Source: an uncultured delta proteobacterium
GTDB lineage: Bacteria > Desulfobacterota > Desulfobacteria > Desulfobacterales > Desulfosalsimonadaceae
Direction of reading: 5' to 3'
Length of the DNA: 64,000 nt
NCBI GenBank assembly: GCA_963826785.1
Contig: CAWGYD010000006.1
Span: 320,001-384,000, forward strand
A program made the translations under genes and the position numbers. Of this stretch, positions 59,443-64,000 are shown piece by piece; position 1 is the first letter of the stretch; every line of letters starts with the position of its first letter. The notes beneath the pieces were generated by a model. That model had not been told where the DNA came from, did no database searches, and worked only from the letters and a program-made list of their open reading frames with translations.

Positions 59443-61812
59443 TCAGGGCGAAAGGCGGGTGCGCTGGATGATCTCCGCCTTCACCGTATCGGGCAGGTCG
59501 TCGAAATAGGCGCAGTATCCGGCCACACGGACCACGATGCCCGGATGCCGGCCCGGGTGGCACCGGGCCGCTTCCAGCAGGCCGGGATCGATGACGTTTA
59601 GCTGCATCTCCATGCCGCCGGAGTTGAAAAAACCTCTGGTGAGTGCGCTGAGGACCCGCAGCCCTTTTTCTCCGGAAAGGCTTGCTTTGTCGAACCGCAG
59701 GTTTACGGCATATCCATTCATGGCCAGGGTGGCGTCCACTTTGGCCACTGAATTGAGCAGGGCGGTGGCCCCCCGGCGGTCCATGCCGTTTGCGCATCCA
59801 AGGGAAGCGGCAAAGGGCGACCCTTTTTTCCGTCCCGAGAAAAGGGCTTCGGTGTGATTCCCGAATCCCACGTGGCAGGTGGATGAGTAGAACCCGGGGA
59901 CATACCGGCCGCCCCGGGTGTTTTCAAACGGCGCCAGTGCATCGTGAAATATCTGCGCCACCTGGGCGGCGTACCCGTCCGGCAGGGACAGGTCGTTCCC
60001 GAACTTGGGCGCGGCCAGAAGGTGGGCCCGCATCTTTTCAAAACCGATAAAATCGGCTTTCATCGCATGTAAGAGGTCCGGAAGGGTGTGCATCTTGCGT
60101 TCAAACACCATCACGTGAATGGCGGCCAGGGAATCGGCCGTATCCGCCACGCCCACCCCCTGGATCCCGCTGGAGTTGAACATTGCCCCGCCGGCGGTTA
60201 CGTCCCGGCTGGTCTCCATGCAGCCGTCCACCAGCATGGAGGAAAAAGGGGTGGGATGAAAATCCCGGTTGCCGGTTTCCACCACGGCCAGATCCCCGAT
60301 CATCCGTTTGACCATATGATGGACCTGGGCGGCAAAGGCTTCCATCACGTCTCCCATGCCGGCAAACGATTCCGCCGGCGGCGTCGCTACGCCGATGCGG
60401 CGGCGGGAGGCAAGCCGTCTGCCCTGGTTAACGGCCAAAATGAGGCAGACCGGCAGATTGAACAGGGCCGCATCCGTGGAAAAAAAGCTTTTGCCCGGAA
60501 AGGACGGCTCCACGCACCCCACAATGCCGTAATCCCGGGCCTGTTCTTCAGCAAAGCCGTGGCGGACCAGGGATGCCACCGTGGGCCCGTCATTGAACAG
60601 CCCCGGCACGCCGTTTCCCTTTCGGGCCACGTCCACGGCACGGCGGAGATATTCCGGGGGTGATCCGGCATGGATCCGGGCCATGTAGTTGGGGTCCCGC
60701 AAACCGGCATGTTCCATCACGTCCAAAAACAGCCAGGTCAACTCATTTACGGCATCGTTTCCCGCGGCATCCGTTCCGCCGATCGTGGCGGCCTGGGCCA
60801 CCAGGAACCCGCCGTGGTACTGGCTGGTCCGCTCGGAGACCAGGAATACGTGTTCGGTGGTCTTGGCGGAAAAACAAAGCAGCAGTTCGAATGCACGCTC
60901 CGGTGTCAGGCGGCCCCGGGCGAGATCGCGCCGATAATACGGGTAGAGGTACTGGTCCATCCGGCCGAAGGAGACCGCAGAATTGAGCCCTTCCAGGCAG
61001 ACGGCCATATGGCTGAGCCACAGGGACTGGAGCGCCTCCTGGAAGGTTTCGGCCGGCTCCATGGGCACCCGGGCGCAGATCCGCGCAATTTCCATCAGTT
61101 CCGACGCCCGGCCCGGGTCAGACGTCAGCCCTGCCTGCCGGGCCGCCTCATCGGACAGGCGGCGGGCATATTCAGCCACCCCGTCGCAGGCGATCTTAAC
61201 CGCCCGGTGCAGGTCGCCGTCTTTTCCCGCCATTTCCTTTACATACCCGGAAATGCCGATGTTGAGCATCTTTTCGTAATTCGGCAGAAAATGGCCGATG
61301 CCGCCGGCCTCGTTGATCAGGTAATAGGTGGCCTTGAGCTGCTCGGGCACATACCGCAGAAATTGTCCGGGGTGTCTTTTAAAGGCGCGCACGACCATGT
61401 TGCGGAATAGCCAGTAGGGAAGGACCGTCCGGGCCACCTTGAGCCGGTCGCGCAGGGAGATGGGATGGGGGGTGGTTTTGCGGCGATTGATCCACAAAAG
61501 CTCCTCGGCCATGAACACCCCGGCCAGTTCCGGCTGGATGATTGCCGACTTGCGCGCACTTCCCATATTGCCCGCGATCAGCTCATCCGGCCAGATCTTC
61601 ACCGATTTGTTTGCCAGCAGGTGCCGAAGCGCTCTTGCTTTGCGCACGGCCATGGGCTCGGCTTTGCGGTCGTATTTCTTGAAGAATCGGGTGATCAGCA
61701 GCGCCCGTTCAGGGCACAGGTGAACGGGTGAAGAGAGCAGTTCCGATCTGATTCTCAAAAACCGCTCCGGTGCACAAACGTCGTTGATTTTCAGTGCCGC
61801 CTTCGGGGCCAT
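59443..61812 (-). CDS. Glycyl radical enzyme (PFL2/dehydratase-like family), substrate unknown
   Basis: ERA, ELIAGN, SFGRMDQYLYPYY, Cys loop GCVEP and C-terminal VRVAGYC glycyl motif. Confidence 0.92.
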   Translation of the reverse strand: MAPKAALKINDVCAPERFLRIRSELLSSPVHLCPERALLITRFFKKYDRKAEPMAVRKARALRHLLANKSVKIWPDELIAGNMGSARKSAIIQPELAGVFMAEELLWINRRKTTPHPISLRDRLKVARTVLPYWLFRNMVVRAFKRHPGQFLRYVPEQLKATYYLINEAGGIGHFLPNYEKMLNIGISGYVKEMAGKDGDLHRAVKIACDGVAEYARRLSDEAARQAGLTSDPGRASELMEIARICARVPMEPAETFQEALQSLWLSHMAVCLEGLNSAVSFGRMDQYLYPYYRRDLARGRLTPERAFELLLCFSAKTTEHVFLVSERTSQYHGGFLVAQAATIGGTDAAGNDAVNELTWLFLDVMEHAGLRDPNYMARIHAGSPPEYLRRAVDVARKGNGVPGLFNDGPTVASLVRHGFAEEQARDYGIVGCVEPSFPGKSFFSTDAALFNLPVCLILAVNQGRRLASRRRIGVATPPAESFAGMGDVMEAFAAQVHHMVKRMIGDLAVVETGNRDFHPTPFSSMLVDGCMETSRDVTAGGAMFNSSGIQGVGVADTADSLAAIHVMVFERKMHTLPDLLHAMKADFIGFEKMRAHLLAAPKFGNDLSLPDGYAAQVAQIFHDALAPFENTRGGRYVPGFYSSTCHVGFGNHTEALFSGRKKGSPFAASLGCANGMDRRGATALLNSVAKVDATLAMNGYAVNLRFDKASLSGEKGLRVLSALTRGFFNSGGMEMQLNVIDPGLLEAARCHPGRHPGIVVRVAGYCAYFDDLPDTVKAEIIQRTRLSP

Positions 61813-61880
61813 CTGGGTGACCTCCTGTCAGGATGGATGGTGACGACATGAAGGAGATGGGCAAAAATGAAAACCGCAAT

Positions 61881-63317
61881 TTATCGACTTGATCTTCCCG
61901 ACCCGCTTCTTCGCCTTCCTTTTCCCTTGTCGGGAATTTTGGACCGGGGCGCCCGGGCCTTTTTCGGCCCCGTCGGCTCCGGCAGGACCAGCCAGTCGTC
62001 TTCGGGCGGGATGCAGTCAATTTTGCGGCCGATCAGGTCCTCGATGCCCGGCAGGTAAAAGGCATCCTCCTCATCGGCGAAGCTGATGGCCGTGCCCACG
62101 GCGCCTGCCCGGCCGGTGCGGCCGATACGGTGCACGTAATCTTCGGGATCATGGGGGAGGGTGAAGTTGACCACGTGGTCCATCCCTTCGATGTGAATCC
62201 CCCTGGCTGCCACATCCGTGGCCACCAGCACCCGGATTTTTCCCGCCTTGAACTGATCCAGCCGCTCGATCCGCTTTTTCTGGGGGATATCGCCGGAAAG
62301 CTCCGAGCACTGGATGCCGTACCGGGTCAGCCTTTCCGCCAGCCGGACCACCTGGTCCTTCCGGTTGCAGAAAATCATGACCCGGCTGAGGTTCTGGCGG
62401 TCGAGGATGTTGAACAAAAGGGCGAATTTTTCATACTCCGTGACGATATAGACGATCTGGTCCACCGTGTTTACCGCCACCTGCTCCGGGTCGATTTCCA
62501 CGGTCACCGGGTTTTTAGTCCAGCTTGCGGCCAGTCGGGTGATCGCTTCGGTCAGGGTCGCGGAAAACAGCATGGTCTGCCGCTTTTCTTTCGGCGGGGT
62601 GCTGTAGATGATCTTGCGGACATCGGGGATGAACCCCATGTCCAGCATCCGGTCGGCTTCATCGAGAATCATCACCTCCACCCGGTCCAGGCGCAGGTCC
62701 CGGCGGCGGCTGAAGTCGAGCAGGCGGCCCGGGGTGGCCACCATGATGTCCACCGGTTTTCCGGACAACAGTTTCTTTTGCTTCTGGTAATCCATGCCGC
62801 CGAAAATGGAGACCAGATGAAGGTCCACGTATTTCATCAGCTGCCGGCCTTCTTCGCTGATCTGCAGGACCAGTTCCCGGGTGGGGGCGATAATCAATAC
62901 CCGGGGGACGCCGGGCTTTCGCTTTCCCTGGATGGGATTTGCCAGCATCCGGGTAATCACCGTGATCAGGAAGGCGGCGGTCTTGCCGGTTCCGGTCTGG
63001 GCCCGGCCGAAAGCATCCCGGCCGGACAGGGCCGACGGCAGGATCTCGGCCTGTATCGGCGTGCAGTAGGAAAAACCGAGATCAGATATGGCATGCATCA
63101 GCGGATCGGGAAGATCAAAATCGTGAAATCGCGTTTTTGATTCTTCCGGGGGGACTTTGAATTGGGAGGGGCTCCATGTTTCAATTTCAACCGGGGCATC
63201 CGCAACCTGCGTTTCATCGGTTGTCTGGAGATCTTTTTTGCGGCTGCCCTTGGGCCCCCGGGTGCGGGCGGACTGACTTTTGGGTGTCGTTTTTTCCGGT
63301 ATATCCGTTTTTTTCAT
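61881..63317 (-). CDS. DEAD-box RNA helicase (RhlB-like)
   Basis: [24 protein letters not shown] and HRIGRTGR motifs; start placed at ATG 63317. Confidence 0.95.
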   Translation of the reverse strand: MKKTDIPEKTTPKSQSARTRGPKGSRKKDLQTTDETQVADAPVEIETWSPSQFKVPPEESKTRFHDFDLPDPLMHAISDLGFSYCTPIQAEILPSALSGRDAFGRAQTGTGKTAAFLITVITRMLANPIQGKRKPGVPRVLIIAPTRELVLQISEEGRQLMKYVDLHLVSIFGGMDYQKQKKLLSGKPVDIMVATPGRLLDFSRRRDLRLDRVEVMILDEADRMLDMGFIPDVRKIIYSTPPKEKRQTMLFSATLTEAITRLAASWTKNPVTVEIDPEQVAVNTVDQIVYIVTEYEKFALLFNILDRQNLSRVMIFCNRKDQVVRLAERLTRYGIQCSELSGDIPQKKRIERLDQFKAGKIRVLVATDVAARGIHIEGMDHVVNFTLPHDPEDYVHRIGRTGRAGAVGTAISFADEEDAFYLPGIEDLIGRKIDCIPPEDDWLVLPEPTGPKKARAPRSKIPDKGKGRRRSGSGRSSR

Positions 63318-63701
63318 TCGTTGCTCACTGCCTTTTAAATCCTGTGGGTCCAGTAAATATCTCGACCGTAAAATTCGAGTTTTTGCGCATATATTCATTC
63401 AAGTTACCAGCATCGACAGAAATATGCGAGTTTTAAATCATTTTATCTAAACTGAAATGATAAACATTTCCTGCTTATCGGAAAAGCGTTCCGGAAATTT
63501 TTTCATAAAGGACGAAATCTCTTAGAACGGCCCTCAATGGAAAAAAAGCACTACTGGTGTATTTGCGAGAAAAATCGGAGTTTCGATTGTAAAACGCTCG
63601 GGGTAATCTGATGGCAAATCGGCGCTGGAAGGCGTTTCTCTACGAAATGTCGGGTCCGCTAAAGATCGGGGTGGACGGGAATTTGAAGGGGGTGAAAAAA
63701 A

Positions 63702-64000
63702 TCACTGCCGGCTGGCGGAGGCTTCGGCAACGGTCTGGCTTAGATTTTCCAGCATATTCAAATGCTGCAGGAAGAACCGGTCGGATACGGTTTGAAAATC
63801 GGTGCCGGAAATGGCGGTATCGGTCACCAGCAGACTCCGGACGATTTTCAGCAGGCCGATATAACGGCTGATGATGTTTTCCCGCTCCTGGATATCCGGG
63901 ATCATGGACGCCCCGCCCGATGCCGGAAGGGGGTGGGTCAGGTTCGCTTCGAATCGATCGGGATACATGAGGGTGTGTAAAAACGAAGCGCAGAATTCAT
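63702..64000 (-). CDS. C-terminal part of a hypothetical protein (enters from the window edge)
   Basis: The reading frame is open from the window edge to the stop at 63702. Confidence 0.5.
   Translation of the reverse strand, partial: EFCASFLHTLMYPDRFEANLTHPLPASGGASMIPDIQERENIISRYIGLLKIVRSLLVTDTAISGTDFQTVSDRFFLQHLNMLENLSQTVAEASASRQ

Overview
GC-rich bacterial chromosomal segment whose gene content suggests an anaerobic deltaproteobacterium (Desulfobacterales-like; inference). Most of it is housekeeping and metabolic genes: grpE-dnaK, SRP RNA, tilS-ftsH-folP-coaX, two PilT-family ATPases, proC-ccdA, class III RNR nrdDG with tandem NrdR boxes, rpmH-rnpA-yidD-yidC-jag-mnmE with a parS site, rng, dapL, pabA plus a pabB/pabC fusion, oadGB, heme genes, dksA-rnc, and a DEAD-box helicase. 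The main accessory region is an AT-rich island at about 54.1-58.9 kb that reads as an integron cassette array with no integrase in the window. It has an attI-like site, two attC sites whose core sites match cassette by cassette, two lipoprotein genes, a DUF2971-like gene, a HigBA module between two ~137-bp diverged repeats, and an IS66-family element with no target duplication where intI would be expected. Next to it is a glycyl-radical enzyme plus MaoC dehydratase pair with no adjacent activase. nrdD has five single-base frameshifts that look like sequencing errors. All calls come from reading the sequence; no database search was run.
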